Shown piece by piece: positions 1 through 11,870 of a DNA stretch of 64,000 nt. The notes beneath the pieces were generated by a model. The model had not been told where the DNA came from and did no database searches. It saw only the letters and a list, made by a program, of their open reading frames with translations. Position numbers and translations under genes: made by a program. Each line of letters starts with the position of its first letter. The first letter of the stretch is position 1. The stretch is from Massalongia carnosa (lineage: Eukaryota): the NCBI GenBank assembly GCA_965645245.1, contig OZ287069.1, positions 3,100,001 through 3,164,000 of the forward strand, written 5' to 3'.

Positions 1-833
1 AAGGGAGAAAATGAAGAGATTGGAGAGACGAGACAGTCCATCGTACTGTCTGGTGGCGTTTGAATCTCGGATCGAATGAGAGACGCAGTGGAAGCGGAGG
101 TCAACGAAACACCTTGCTCAAGGCTTGGCTGTTCGTTGTCGCTGGCACGTCGATAAGTTGGAGACCGGAGCAACGGAAAACGGGACAAGTTCTCTGCCTG
201 CCTAGTCTTGAACTGAGGACGGTCTTGTTGACTTTGACCTTTAAACGGCTGACTAGTGAAAGCGTCGTAGTTGACAATCTCGGCGTCGCTGAAAGCCCTC
301 GATAGAGGCGATCTCGGCGATTGCCTCAATAGCTCCTGCAATCTCGAGCTTTTTTTCAGACTTGTATCTATCGCGAGCTTTGAGAGCGGTTCGTTTAATC
401 CACGTTGCTGTCCCGATTCCAAAGTGACGTGTGGGTGGAAAGTGATCGAGGGCCGTCGGTTGCGTATGAACTCTTCCAAAGGAGAGGGTTCATGATAATG
501 GGAATCGTGAACGAGTCCGTCCTTTAAGAAGGGCTGTAGATCGTCATGACCCGAGGCTGCCGGCACGTTAATGGGCGGCGTAGATGCATGGTTCTCCTGC
601 TCCTCGAACGCCGTCCATCTTGTTTCTGTATCAGCAGCCCTTATCGATAATGGATATTTCCGTGATAGCGAAACACGCCCAATGACATCAATCCCTTCGC
701 CGTGCAATTGCCCGAGGGTCCCATTATCTTCACTGCCGCGAGTGAGCAGCCCTTGGGGTGTAGGCGAGCTAGGGGCGGAGCCCGAGGTCGCTGTCCGCAG
801 CCTCTGGAATCGGGCCTGCAAATCATAGGCCAT
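1..833 (-). CDS. 5' part of a gene that runs off the window start; Ser/Pro-rich N-terminal region, possibly of a Pezizomycotina CAMK-like Ser/Thr kinase
   Basis: Not in the ORF track because it has no stop inside the window. The minus frame is open from ATG 833 to base 1: MAYDLQARFQRLRTATSGS...RRPSITFHPHVTLESGQQRGLNEPLSKL...RSPLSRAFSD...EIQTPPDSTMDCLVSPISSFSP. The kinase identity is only a recollection of similar N-termini; no catalytic domain is in the window. Confidence 0.65.
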   Translation of the reverse strand, partial: MAYDLQARFQRLRTATSGSAPSSPTPQGLLTRGSEDNGTLGQLHGEGIDVIGRVSLSRKYPLSIRAADTETRWTAFEEQENHASTPPINVPAASGHDDLQPFLKDGLVHDSHYHEPSPLEEFIRNRRPSITFHPHVTLESGQQRGLNEPLSKLAIDTSLKKSSRLQELLRQSPRSPLSRAFSDAEIVNYDAFTSQPFKGQSQQDRPQFKTRQAENLSRFPLLRSPTYRRASDNEQPSLEQGVSLTSASTASLIRSEIQTPPDSTMDCLVSPISSFSP

Positions 834-3041
834 CCCCCCAGGAAGCACAACCCAGAGAAATGGGGACTTGTGCAAGACGGGCTGAACTGCAGCAGCGGCG
901 GATTTGCGCTCCTCTCACACTTGGTTTGGGAAGGCGCCGATTTTGGAGGCGAGAGCATGCGTCTGCGTTGATTCGAAAAAGACGTTTGCTTGGTTTTAGA
1001 TGGCACTGATAGTGCTTTCGGACCGATTTCAGTTGCCTTGGATTGTTCGGGAATCGTGTTTGGGTTGTGATCACCGCCTCCGCCGAGTGTCTGGCAGAAA
1101 CTTTTTCTCATACACGAAAAAGCGATTGCGATAGCGTTTTTGAATGGAGCGAATAATGGTTGAATCTAGCGAACTGACAAGTACAAATACGTAAGAACGA
1201 GAAAGAAAGGAGAGGACTCGAAGGAGACGTATGGTTGAAGAGATTTCAAAAAATGAGGGGGGGGAGGATAATGGGCGAGTTAATCCATACGCCTTTGTGG
1301 TCGAATTGGGGGCGTTGTATGAATGATTATCTAAGACTTTTTCAATTGCGAAATGGAGCTACCTAAAAGTACGGCGTATTGTACCTAATGGCGAGTATGT
1401 ATGTACCGAGTACCACCAAACTAGATCGTTTTTAAGGGGGAAGGTTCCTGGGTTCCTCCGCTTCCCCACGCCCTATAAAGTCCGGGTGCGCACTAAAGCC
1501 CACACCGTGATACCTTATCCAGGTTCGCCGGATTTTACGCATATGATTCTACGCATCGCCTCTCCTCGTACGCATCCGCTGTTTTGCCGTTGACTTGCAC
1601 TGTTTCTTTCATCTTAGGTAACAGAAATCGCAATCGGGGGTCTCCGTCACTAGACATGAGTGTTTAGCTAACGTCAGAGATTGTACACTCACCGCTACGA
1701 GAAGAACGGAGGGATTGGTAATCACTAGTTACAAAAGGAATCTTACCCAGATACCGACAGTAAGAGCCTAATCACCTAACCCTATTCATAGGTACACACA
1801 CACCAACCCTAGAGTAGATACTCTCTGTACGGAGTACTTTAGTAGCCGATAATGAGCTCATACGAGCGGCTCAAAGTTCATTCTCCGAGCGGTCCCGACA
1901 ATCCCGACATCTAGCCGAATTTCGGAGGGCGAAGAGATCCCTGCAAGCCAGTTACAGTGCTGTTTAAGCATGATATTAAGCTTGTAACCTGACAGGCGAG
2001 GGCAAGGAAACACGTCTGATACTCTCCTTGACTGTAACACTCTCAGCATTACAAAACGTTGCGTTTTCACGGCAGCTGAGACGGTTCGATACACCATGAT
2101 CGAATCGCCCGTTTCCAGAATCCTCGTACCACCATTCTGATGTTGCAGGCGTAGACAGTTAGTGCTGATGTAAGCTGCTTGCATAACACATAACGTTAGG
2201 CCAAGACCACCATATGGAGTACGGAGTACAGTAGTAGGCAGGACCTCCACAACAGTTGGCGAACGCTATGATCATGTTCACACGCTACGGCTACAAAGGA
2301 ATCATAGATTGGGAGGAGCGGGCACAGCGTTGTTCTTCCTTTTGATGGTGTGAATTGGATACCGCTGCCTACAGAGTACATGGTGTATGTACATCGAAGG
2401 CTCCGGCCAAGAGCTGCAACCAAGCTCGGTCCAGAATAGACGATATAAAGCAAAGGTGGTGTTAACAAAACCTGCCAATTTGTACGAGTCGTAAAATGAC
2501 CCACAAGTTAACTTATTGGATCTAGAGTACATGAATAACAAGGATGCCACCTCTTCCCGGTAGGAATTCAGGTACCCGCACTGTATGCCGGCATGTTCGT
2601 GCTTCACATTGATAAGCAGCGATATACCATAGAGAATACAGAGTACAGAGTACTCTGTATAGGATACCTGCTCTAGATCACTCTGTACTGGCAATGGCTA
2701 TGAGAAATTTCTCCCTCCCTAACTTTAGTTATCGTACCGACGAGACCGTGCCATCTCAGAACCGAGATTTTGGAACCGGTTTCAAGTTTTTACGATCGAT
2801 ACAATTCGTAAAAGGTTGTAAATTTAAACCCACGTATGCAATACAAAATTATCTATTTAATTTCAGGATTGATATCGAAAAATTGAAAACTTTTCTTAAA
2901 TTTTCTAAAATTAATGACTTGCGAAATTAGCGGAAAATGTCACACTTGATGACCCGGACGATAAATTTTTGATAACACAATAAACTTGCTATCTATTTTG
3001 CAATTGAATACATTTTCTAAGTGACATGATACCCTATATCA

Positions 3042-5873
3042 TCATAAACTTACAGCAGGATTCGGAGGAACATGAGTTATCATGTCATGTTGCGATCGCA
3101 GAATTACTTCCGGATATACAATGTTATCCGTTTTCCAGTCATTTCGTTCCGGAAACAACATACACAATCGAGACACATCCATAACTCGAGATAATGCCAC
3201 ATATAACTGACCATGAGTAAAAGGAGGAGCTCGCAAATCGACTCCTATCGTGTCCAATGATTGACCCTGCGACTTGTTGACAGTCATAGCAAAGCACAAT
3301 CGTATCGGAAATTGTTTGCGACTTATGATCCAGGGCAACTCGCCTTCCGTGGTATTAAGAAGAATCCGGGGAATTAATCGCGTTTCACCGTTGAATTCTT
3401 ATCCCAAAATCTTTCCCTCTAGACAGGTCCGCGAAATGTGAGTAAGACGTAATCGGGTGCCGTTACAGAGACCAAGTTTGGGATACAAATTCCGCAAAAA
3501 AATGATTCGGGCTCCAAGTTTCAGTTGCAATTGTGAAGGTGGTATAGACGATGTTTGCAAGGGTTGTAAAAACTCGGGAGAAAGAAAGTTTCCTCGTTCC
3601 TGCGCCGTATCGTTCTCTATTTGATCAACGGAGTTCAAGGTGTGCGAACCGCCCTGCAATTTATTCAGTACTGCACCGTTTAACTCCGCGACGATATCGT
3701 TCCGCAAAGTCAAAATTGCTCGACTTGCGAAAGAATCCGCATCCAGATGAGCTTGATGCATGCGATCGGAAGGAAAAACGGTGTCCACGAAACTGTCTAA
3801 GTTGTTCAGTTGATTGACTTGTTCCGGTAGCTGAACACGACCGGAAAAAGCAGGATCATAAGACATTTTCCCGATCCAGTCCGCAAACGCCTCATTGGCG
3901 ACTTCGTTACGAATTCGCATGATTTGACGCAAAAACAGTTTTTGAAATCGCGGCCACAGAAGGTGTTTTGAATGTTCGCCGCAACGATGGCTTCCCGATT
4001 TCCACGGGGAACAACGGGCAAGATTTGAGCGAAATCTCCGCCTAACACCATCGGAATAACTCCGAAAGGTCGTCATTACCTAAAAGGTCCGTAAAAGTGC
4101 GATGTACGGCCATGAAGCATTGTTTGTGTTGCATCGGCACCTCATCCCCAATGATTAAGGCTGTGCGTTGCAAAAGACAGTGTAAATGCGTGTTGCGGGT
4201 GATATTACACATGCTGTCCTCATTTAAAATCAAAGGAATTTTCAACCGGGAATGTGAAGTCTGTCCGCTAGGAAGAAGTAAAGCCGCAATGCCGGGAGAC
4301 GCAACGCAAAGAATGATTTTATTCTCCGCCCGAATATCATTGCAAAGAGTCTAATATAAAAAAGTCTTACCTGTTCCTGCAGGTCCGTGAACAAAAAAAT
4401 GCGCCATTCTAGGATAATCTCTAACTCCCGCAACAATGGTATCAAAACAGTATTTTTGATCCAAATTCAATTGAGTATATCGTTCATTTCGTAACGTCGT
4501 TTCTTCGTTGAAATCGTAAGTCATTTCTGTAACGGTTCGACCATGCGTGGTGCGGACGGCAGGACCTACAGCGAACAAAGCAGGAGTCCCAGTTATAGTA
4601 GAATAGAGCTTGGTCTGCGGACTAAGTATTGTGCCTTTTGGTTGGGAGGACAGGTGGCGCAATGGTAGAAATCTATTTACTTCTCGCTTCGTCACAATTT
4701 CATTTGCGATCAACGGATTTCCAGTACTCCGACCCCAATCGTATGTAAACAGCGGCATATTCTAATCCTCTAATCGTTTTCCTAAATCCGAAAGACCTCC
4801 GTTTAACAAATAAAGGCCGTAATCTAAATGCGGACTCATTAAATCGTCAGGAACATCAGTCATTGATCGTAATCGATGCGGTAAATCGTCATATATATCA
4901 TTTGCGTATCGATTCCATAAGGCCGTAGGATCCGTAACACGACGATCATCGGTTGTGGCCGCATTCTCCCGCAAAGCCTCGCTGGCGGATTTGTAAAGCC
5001 TGATAAAGGGATTCATATTGTGCAACATCTCTGTTAAACGTCGTACAATATCGGGATCCAATTCTGTATGTTGTCGAGTACGAATCGCGGTTGCTTCGTC
5101 GAGATCGTAAAAAACAGTTGAGCAAAGCGAGGAGAATCGTCAACGGGATCCAAAGGACCTTGCAGGTGATACAGTTCTCCGTGATTTTGAAAACATACCG
5201 GTCCACGACCGTTGCGAGGAAGTCGGCGATCGAGTTTGTAGTTTACGGAGGTGAACGTCAACGTGGAATTATATTTTCGGAGGTTTTTGCGAAATGTGCG
5301 GGTTCTAATATCGTCACCAATTAACAGTTGCCGTAAATAATCAGGAGGAGGCTGAAACGGTGGCAACACGACACCACCTCGCTTGCAACAGGATTTGTAT
5401 ACTCGATCTCGTCTTCTGTCACTCTGAACAGCTTCCGTTTCCCAATGCCACGCACCGCAGTTTCTGCAATGATCTGTCATGTGTTGAATTCGTTGTATCG
5501 CGGATTCTAAAGTGTACTGACTTTTAAATGCGGCAGGAAAGTTACGATTTGCAGCCGCATGGTCACGGGCTTCAACAGTACGGTCGCGACGACGTGTTCG
5601 ACGATTTCCTCGTGACTCACGATGATTAACAGGTGGAGAAACAGGTCTGGAACTCGCAATGGATGGAGAAATATGTCCGAAACTCGACCTTACGAAACCG
5701 CGAGCTCGGTTGTGATTGTACTGACCCGCTTCTGCTTCGTTGAGCAGCATTTCTTCCCAAATGTTCGGATTTTCCAACTGCAAATCATTTCGATTTGGCG
5801 GGCTTGGCGAGTGGAAAGCCGACGATACGGGAGAAACGGAATTCGTTATTGAACTGTTAGGCGAACTCTGCAA
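3042..5873 (-). pseudogene. Helitron Rep/Pif1-helicase pseudogene (frameshifts, stops, Rep core missing)
   Basis: Collinear fragments in different frames: 5034-5873, 4946-5206, 4762-5061, 4351-4758, 4242-4445, 4042-4245, 3806-4051, 3399-4076 and 3042-3338. Confidence 0.9.
4528..4696. mobile_element. Solo LTR (169 bp) nested in the Helitron ORF
   Basis: Termini TGTAACG...CGTCACA; perfect 5-bp TSD ATTTC at 4523-4527 and 4697-4701. Removing it restores GNPLIANEMTYDF. Confidence 0.85.
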
Positions 5874-6366
5874 AGATGGAAGAGTGACAGGAGATACAAT
5901 CGAACTTCTTGGAGGAGCAGGCGGACGCAGGAAAAGACTAACAGAACGTTTTCGGTGGTCGTAAGATTAGACGAACGCGTTTTGCGGGAGGATTTTCCGG
6001 AGAATTCACTTTATTATGCGGTCTACGGAGAGAACACCATTGTCGTAACGGAATAGGAAGTCGAGAAACGATTTCTCGAGGAGAAGAGCTAGGCTGCAAA
6101 GATATAGATAATGCTTCAAATCCAAATCCTATAATTTATACTGCCCTTGCAATATATCAGCTATTCTCAAGGTCATCGATGTGCTCCTCATTACCTTCAG
6201 TGAATCGATAACGATGGGGACAGAGTGGAAAGCAACCTGCAGGGCATGATGTCATGACCTGGGACGCGGACGCGCCAGCACCGAATATGTCATCGTCATG
6301 ACCGCTTTAAGATGGCGCGCCCCGGAACTCGTATAGACTGTTCTGCCCCTAACACTCTTACTCTAT

Positions 6367-7242
6367 ATGGCATGTCTTGTCGTTAAAGCATCACGCTCAT
6401 CCTTGGCTTGCTTTCTTGCACCAACCACGACCACAAGCTCCAAGCTCCAAGCTTCACTCACTCTTCCGCGGCTCTATCAAATCAACCGCCACTTCAGCAC
6501 TACACCGAGCAGAATCATGGCACCTGCAAACGGGGACAATGGAGATGCTGGAGAATTGGAGGGAGAGCTTAACCAATGGAAGTTCCGCGCACCGTACAGC
6601 ATTCATGAAAGCGACAAGAATTTCAACGTCCGATACGAAGGAAGCTGCCATTGTGGCCGGGTGAAGTACCAGCTTAGCAGGGAAAAGCCGCTTGATGCGA
6701 AATTCTGCCATTGTGCTACTTGTCAGAAGATTCATGGTACGGAGCTTGGCTCATCGCTCAAAACATGGTGGCTGCTGCTAACCTATGTCTCAGGGGCTCC
6801 TTTCCAATGGGCTGCCATCTTTCACAAAGAAGATATTAACTTTACGCATGGGCATCATGATCTCGGTTGGTACGACAGCGCGGAGAAAACATGCAAACAT
6901 AAGCTACCGTGCAAGGTTAGCTGTGCATATTGTCGCACTCCTATCATGGACGAAGGGCGGAACATGATACTCCTTTTCCCAACACTGATCAATTTCAAGT
7001 CGGACGAAGATAAGAGGAACTTTTCACCATCGTATGTGGAGCACCTACCAAATCTATGACAATGATTTGAGCTTTGCTAATGTACCCTCACATGCAGGTG
7101 CCACATGTTCTACAACCGGAGAGTCGTTGACATTCCTGATGGCAAGCCAAAGTGGACGGGCCTGAACGATGAGAGTGAGTTGATTGAGGATAGCCCACCG
7201 GAGTTGAAGAAACGAAAGCGGGAAGAAAACGAAGAAAAATAA
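6367..7242 (+). CDS. GFA / CENP-V (Mss4-like) zinc-binding protein, 3 exons
   Basis: Motifs GSCHCGRV, CHCATCQK, CAYCRTP and HMFY. Introns ~6737-6793 and ~7032-7097; stop TAA ends at 7242; second in-frame ATG at 6517. Confidence 0.9.
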
Positions 7243-7541
7243 GATGTACCTGGATATGGTAATACGGTCGCTACGGTTACTTACAAAATGATACTTGGGG
7301 AGTTGTTCTAGGAGATGCTTTAGTTGGGCTGGGGTAGGTTAGCATGGGAAACAGAGTCGCTTGATTGCTGAGGATCTGATCACTTGAGCGTTCAACAAAA
7401 AAGCTACTGCTATGATTCTAGATTTGAAAAGAACAAAGAGCTGCAGCTTATCTAGATACGTACCTTTCATGGCATGTATGTACACTCGGTCTATGTTAGA
7501 CACAACTTCATATACCTAAGCTAGTATTTAAAGAATCTTAA

Positions 7542-7613
7542 GGTCTCAACCTCTAGCGATAAGCCTATAATGTTATAGGCTAGATTCGGGTTAGTCCATT
7601 AGGGCGTGAGACC
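7542..7613. mobile_element. Candidate 72-bp MITE relic (PIF/Harbinger-like TAA TSD)
   Basis: Termini GGTCTCA...TGAGACC with TAA on both sides (7539-7541, 7614-7616); internal hairpin AGCCTATAA-TG-TTATAGGCT. Confidence 0.4.
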
Positions 7614-7840
7614 TAATAGTTTGGCACGTGACTAGAAATATGCATTGAATGTACTTCGTACGTTCAATGTTTCCAATTCTCGTAATGTCTTGAATTAATT
7701 TGAATAAATACCTGCATTAGAAACCCCTTTTTGATGAACCTTTCTAGCGCTACGTCATATACATCATAACTGGTGGCTTCATGAGTCATGTCTAAAAGTG
7801 TTATCCCGCTCATTTAAGCCAGTTAATCCAGAATCTCCCG

Positions 7841-9539
7841 ATGATGGCACATGAAGATAGTGAGCAGTCTCCTCTGCTCCAGGGTGTTCAGGATGAGGAC
7901 TCCAGAGAAGTACGAGCAGCGCCTTTTCTATCATCTTATCTGAAGGTTAGGTCGTTGATATCACATAGGTTGTCGAATTCACCAAAGAGGATGAGGAAAA
8001 CCCTCGAAACTGGCCAAGGAGGAGGAAAATGGTGAATGTGGCCATTGTAGCCCTTATGGCTCGTCCGTGTCTGTCTCATCAACTTCGTAATCCCTTGCTG
8101 AGAGGAGCCCAGTGACAAGCCCCCTTGCAAGCTCTATGTTTACACCTGGTATTGATCAAATTGCAAGAGATTTGAATGTACCACCAACTTTTGTTATTGG
8201 GGCCACGACTGGATACGTGGTACTCTTAGGATTTGGCCCTTTAGTCCTTGCCCCGTTGTCTGAGACCTTTGGGAGAAGAAAACTTTATCTTGCCTGCTTT
8301 TCAATATTTTCGCTGCTGCAAGCTCCTACAGCTTCGAGTCCTAATATTCAAACGCTGCTTACGGTGAGAGCGATTTCGGGCTTCTTTGGCAGTAAGTACC
8401 TCCTACTTCTACGGGGTTGGTGATTTCTGATAATCTGAAAGGCGTCGGGATTGCAAATGGGGGCGGCACGATTAGTGATATGTTCCAACCAAGTGAGAGA
8501 GCGTAAGTTGAATTTCTTCGACTTCTGCGACTTTGATACGTTTTCCTACCCTAGATAGGAACCTTTCTTCTTGAGCACAATATTGATGATTTTTAGGAGC
8601 ATATTTGGATGGTATCTCTTAGGGCCTGTTCTCGGTCCTACAATCGGTCCTCTATTAGGCGGACTGGTTGTCGAACATCTAGGCTGGCGGTGGGTGTTTT
8701 GGTTCTTAACTATTATCAGCGCCTTCAACACAATCCTCGCCTTCTTTTTCCTCCACGAATCTTACGCCCCGGTTATCCTTGCAAACCGCAAGCAGAACCT
8801 TGAAAATGACACGGGAGATAAGTATCGAATCGCCAATGAGGATGCCCGCCCCTTCCGGACAAAACTAGCCTCATCCATGAAACGACCGATTCGGATCCTG
8901 TTCACGCAGCCAATTGTTCTCATTATGGCCATCTACCAAGCCATGATTTTCGGCACGAATTACAGCCTCTACACCAACTTTCAGAAAATATACGGTGATC
9001 TCTACGGCTTCTCAACCACTCAAGTTGGTCTTGTGTACATTGCCCCAGGAATTGGCTTCATCCTCGCTGTATGGCTCGTCGTGCCTAAAATTGATAAAAT
9101 CTACAACACCCTCACAGCGCGCAATGACGATGTGCCAAAACCGGAGTTTCGCCTTCCTCTGGCCAACATCGGTTCCATCTTGATTCCTATCTCTCTCTTC
9201 TGGCTAGCATGGAGCATCGAATTCCGTGTTCACTGGTTCATCACCATCCTCAGCACTGCATTCTTCGGCTTCGGCCAGATCACCATCTTCAATACAGTGC
9301 AAAACTACTACATCGACTCTTTCTCCAAATACGCGGCATCGGCGATCGCTTCCGGTGCTGTCTTTCGCTCTATCGTGGGAGGCCTGATGCCCCTGGCCAC
9401 GCCCTCGTTGCTCGAAAAGGTTGGTTACGGCTGGGGCTTTTCCATGTTTGGATTCCTAAATCTAGCGCTGTCGCCGTTTCCGCTACTATTTTACTACTAC
9501 GGTGAAAAGATTCGGGTACGGTTTGCAATTGAGTTATAG
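7841..9539 (+). CDS. MFS drug:H+ antiporter (DHA1 family), multi-exon
   Basis: ENPRNWPRRRK, APLSETFGRR, GPTIGPLLGG...LGWRWVFW, PEFRL, YYIDSFSKYAASA; GT-AG introns link the ORF pieces. Confidence 0.93.
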
Positions 9540-11189
9540 GGATGATCAGTTTGCTGAGCATGGTTATGGTTGTGGCATTTGCTTCATGCGACAGTGTCAC
9601 GGCCTATGGAAGCATTTGGGAGGAAAAATTACTTCCATAGGGTCGTCGACAAGCAGTACCGCAAAAACTTAATCTGATGCAAAAATAAGCACTAGCTTCG
9701 ATAGCCCTCTCTAAGACATGGCCAACGTATTTTGAACCTTCCAGACACCTGACCTTGCCTTGTCACTATTCTCCTCCCGTCTTCCAGCATTTCAAGACTA
9801 GATCTAACTTACATCATGAAACTCTCATCTCCCCCCCAGTTCTACTCTCTCGTTTTGGGGCCATGTGTATACCACCTTGACTGGTCAACTTCAACATTCC
9901 GCGCATCAGCCCCTCGTTAATCTGTGTATATATCTCAAGACTCCACATGTCCGTCTGCGCGACAGTTCCTTTCTCGCCATGTTTAGTGCCATAGCGTGCT
10001 TTTTTTCGCATCTTTCTCTACAATAATACCTCATCCAATCCGTTATCGGCTATCTCTCCGTAATTCTTCTTCTAACTAGGCTCTATGAGAACCGGCCGAA
10101 GCCAAGGGAAGGAAAGGCATGGAAAGAAGCTCTCTGAACATTTCAGGTATCGCCCATAGGGGGGTGAAAGCGACCGCCTTATCCAAGACGTCTTCCCCAG
10201 GTGCTAGGAGCTTAATAGGCCTCCTCCCCCAAAGCTGATAGTGGGTTATCCCTCCTCCTCCTCCTCTTCGTCCTCGTCCTTCACTACCACCATCCAGATT
10301 GCCCAGACGACGAGAGCATCACCACCAACAAGTTTAGGAATCCTCGCCTTCCACATCTTTAGCTATCCTGCCCTACCAACACTCCAAGAAGCTCAGAAAG
10401 CACAACCACGAGGGATTTTCCATTCCCGCGCCGAAATGGGCCTGGCTCTGGTGTCATTGTAGAGTAGATAGATGTATAACGACCAGCAATTATTCATCAC
10501 CCGGGGTTTAAGACTAGTTAGTTTCGGACGGGAAGGCACGCGAGGTTTTTTTTTTTTTTTTTTTTTAAAAAAAAAACTGGGAGGGGGAAGGGAGGTTGCC
10601 AAGAATGGCATGGTGTTTAGTTAAACTTGTTAGTTTTTTATAAAAAAAAAACTCTCCTCTCCTAAGGAGGTAATGGTATAGGAGTAGGAAAGCCACACAT
10701 AGACTAGAACTGGGGGCTGTTTGCTGGCTCTAGCATTAACACGCCCCCAAGGAACGCGCGGAAGCTGCTGCTACATAGCGCCGTTCGCACGCGTTATCTC
10801 GGAGGCAGGCATGCATGCAGCGGGGACGGGCGTCTTGGCAACCGAAAGGAGAACCGTTGAGGGGGCGCTGGTTTCTTCAAACCCCTTTTGTCCCCCCCCC
10901 CCAGATCTTTGCGTACCGTAGCGTACAGTACTGAGAGTCCCGCTTCTTCTTCTTCTTGTTCTTGTTCTTCTTCAGAAACCCGAACGAGAAACAGATATAG
11001 GAGAGGGTGTCTTAAGTTGAACGAGAAAGAGTGGGTGATTAAAAGAGATAGATAAGAAGGCGTAGGAATTAGAAAATTCCTGGCTTGTGAATAATTATGG
11101 ACCTGAGGGAAGGGGGGCCGGAAGTTCTCATACATACACAACTAGCGTCCTGTCTTCTTCCTTCTTCATCCATAATGGCATGCTTTATG

Positions 11190-11870
11190 TACATAGTTTC
11201 ATGGTTCCGAACCCCCCACCTCTCCCTTCCCCAAAATACCTGCCTCCCCACGCTGCAGTTAGGTAAAGGGATCGGTCCCAGCTTCAAACAAGCATTCTCC
11301 GAACCCCAGCTATTAGTCGCTGCAGCTGCCCGGCGTCGATGGTTCCTCTGTTCAGCGCGAGTCCAAAACGTGAGACGTTCATGCCGTCAAACGTCGTCTC
11401 GCTACTTCCCTCGTCGCTTCCGTTGCCTCCTTCGTCGCTCTCGTCACCGCCTGCATCACTTTCGCTTTCCCATTCGTCGTCTTCGCTTCCCTATTCGTCG
11501 TCTTCGCAGCCTTCTCCACGACTTGCATTGTCCCATTCGTCGATTTTATCGCTCCTTTCGTCGCTTACGCTGTTCCTTTCTTCGTTTTCGCTGCCCTGAC
11601 GAGCATCCGTGGCGATGCTTTCGTTGAAACGCTCTTGTCTGTCAATGATGCAGATTTCCTCGAAGATTCGCTGTACGATGTTGTATGTGGTATAAGAATC
11701 GTTAACCGCGGTATAGAGAAATTTGTAATGAGGGAGTTCTGGGTTACGGTGATAGACCCGTCAAGGGAGGAGGAGGAGGTGAGTTCTTCGGGGGAGTTAT
11801 CGTACTCCGTGATGGGGGAGGTTCTCTTGGGCTAGATGTGTCCGGGCATGAAAGGTGTAAATTGCTCCGT
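11190..11870 (-). pseudogene. Decayed gene with acidic 7-aa (21-bp) repeats
   Basis: The minus frame reads DKIDEWDNASRGEGCEDDE*GSEDDEWESESDAGGDESDEGG. The TAG at 11491-11493 aligns with TGG in the neighbouring repeat unit. Boundaries are approximate. Confidence 0.5.

Larger units (their letters stand above)
2725..6108 (-). mobile_element. Degenerate, internally deleted Helitron (rolling-circle transposon)
   Basis: Fragmented RepHel. N-terminal Cys motif (CRNCGAWHW...CCKRG) and YNSTLTFTS...HGELYHLQG; Pif1 helicase motifs GPAGTGKT, IIGDEVPM, GGDFAQILPV, RNLYPKLGLCNGTRL, FAMTVNKSQGQSL, HGQLYVALSRV. Candidate 5' end A|TCTATATC at 6108. The 3' end is uncertain: imperfect hairpin ~2742-2783, CTAA at 2725-2728. 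Confidence 0.9.

Noticed and set aside
641..1111. 156-aa minus ORF from the track
   Set aside because: Overlaps out of frame with the longer open frame starting at ATG 833; no motifs.
1760..1815. CCTAA / AACCCTA stretches resembling interstitial telomere repeats
   Set aside because: Only scattered partial units; no tandem TTAGGG array.
10546..10576. Poly-T followed by poly-A as a retroposon tail or hairpin
   Set aside because: No TSD or adjacent LINE sequence; homopolymers are common in this window's non-coding DNA.
11097..11627. Arg-rich protamine-like 176-aa ORF
   Set aside because: Antisense shadow of the acidic repeat pseudogene on the minus strand.
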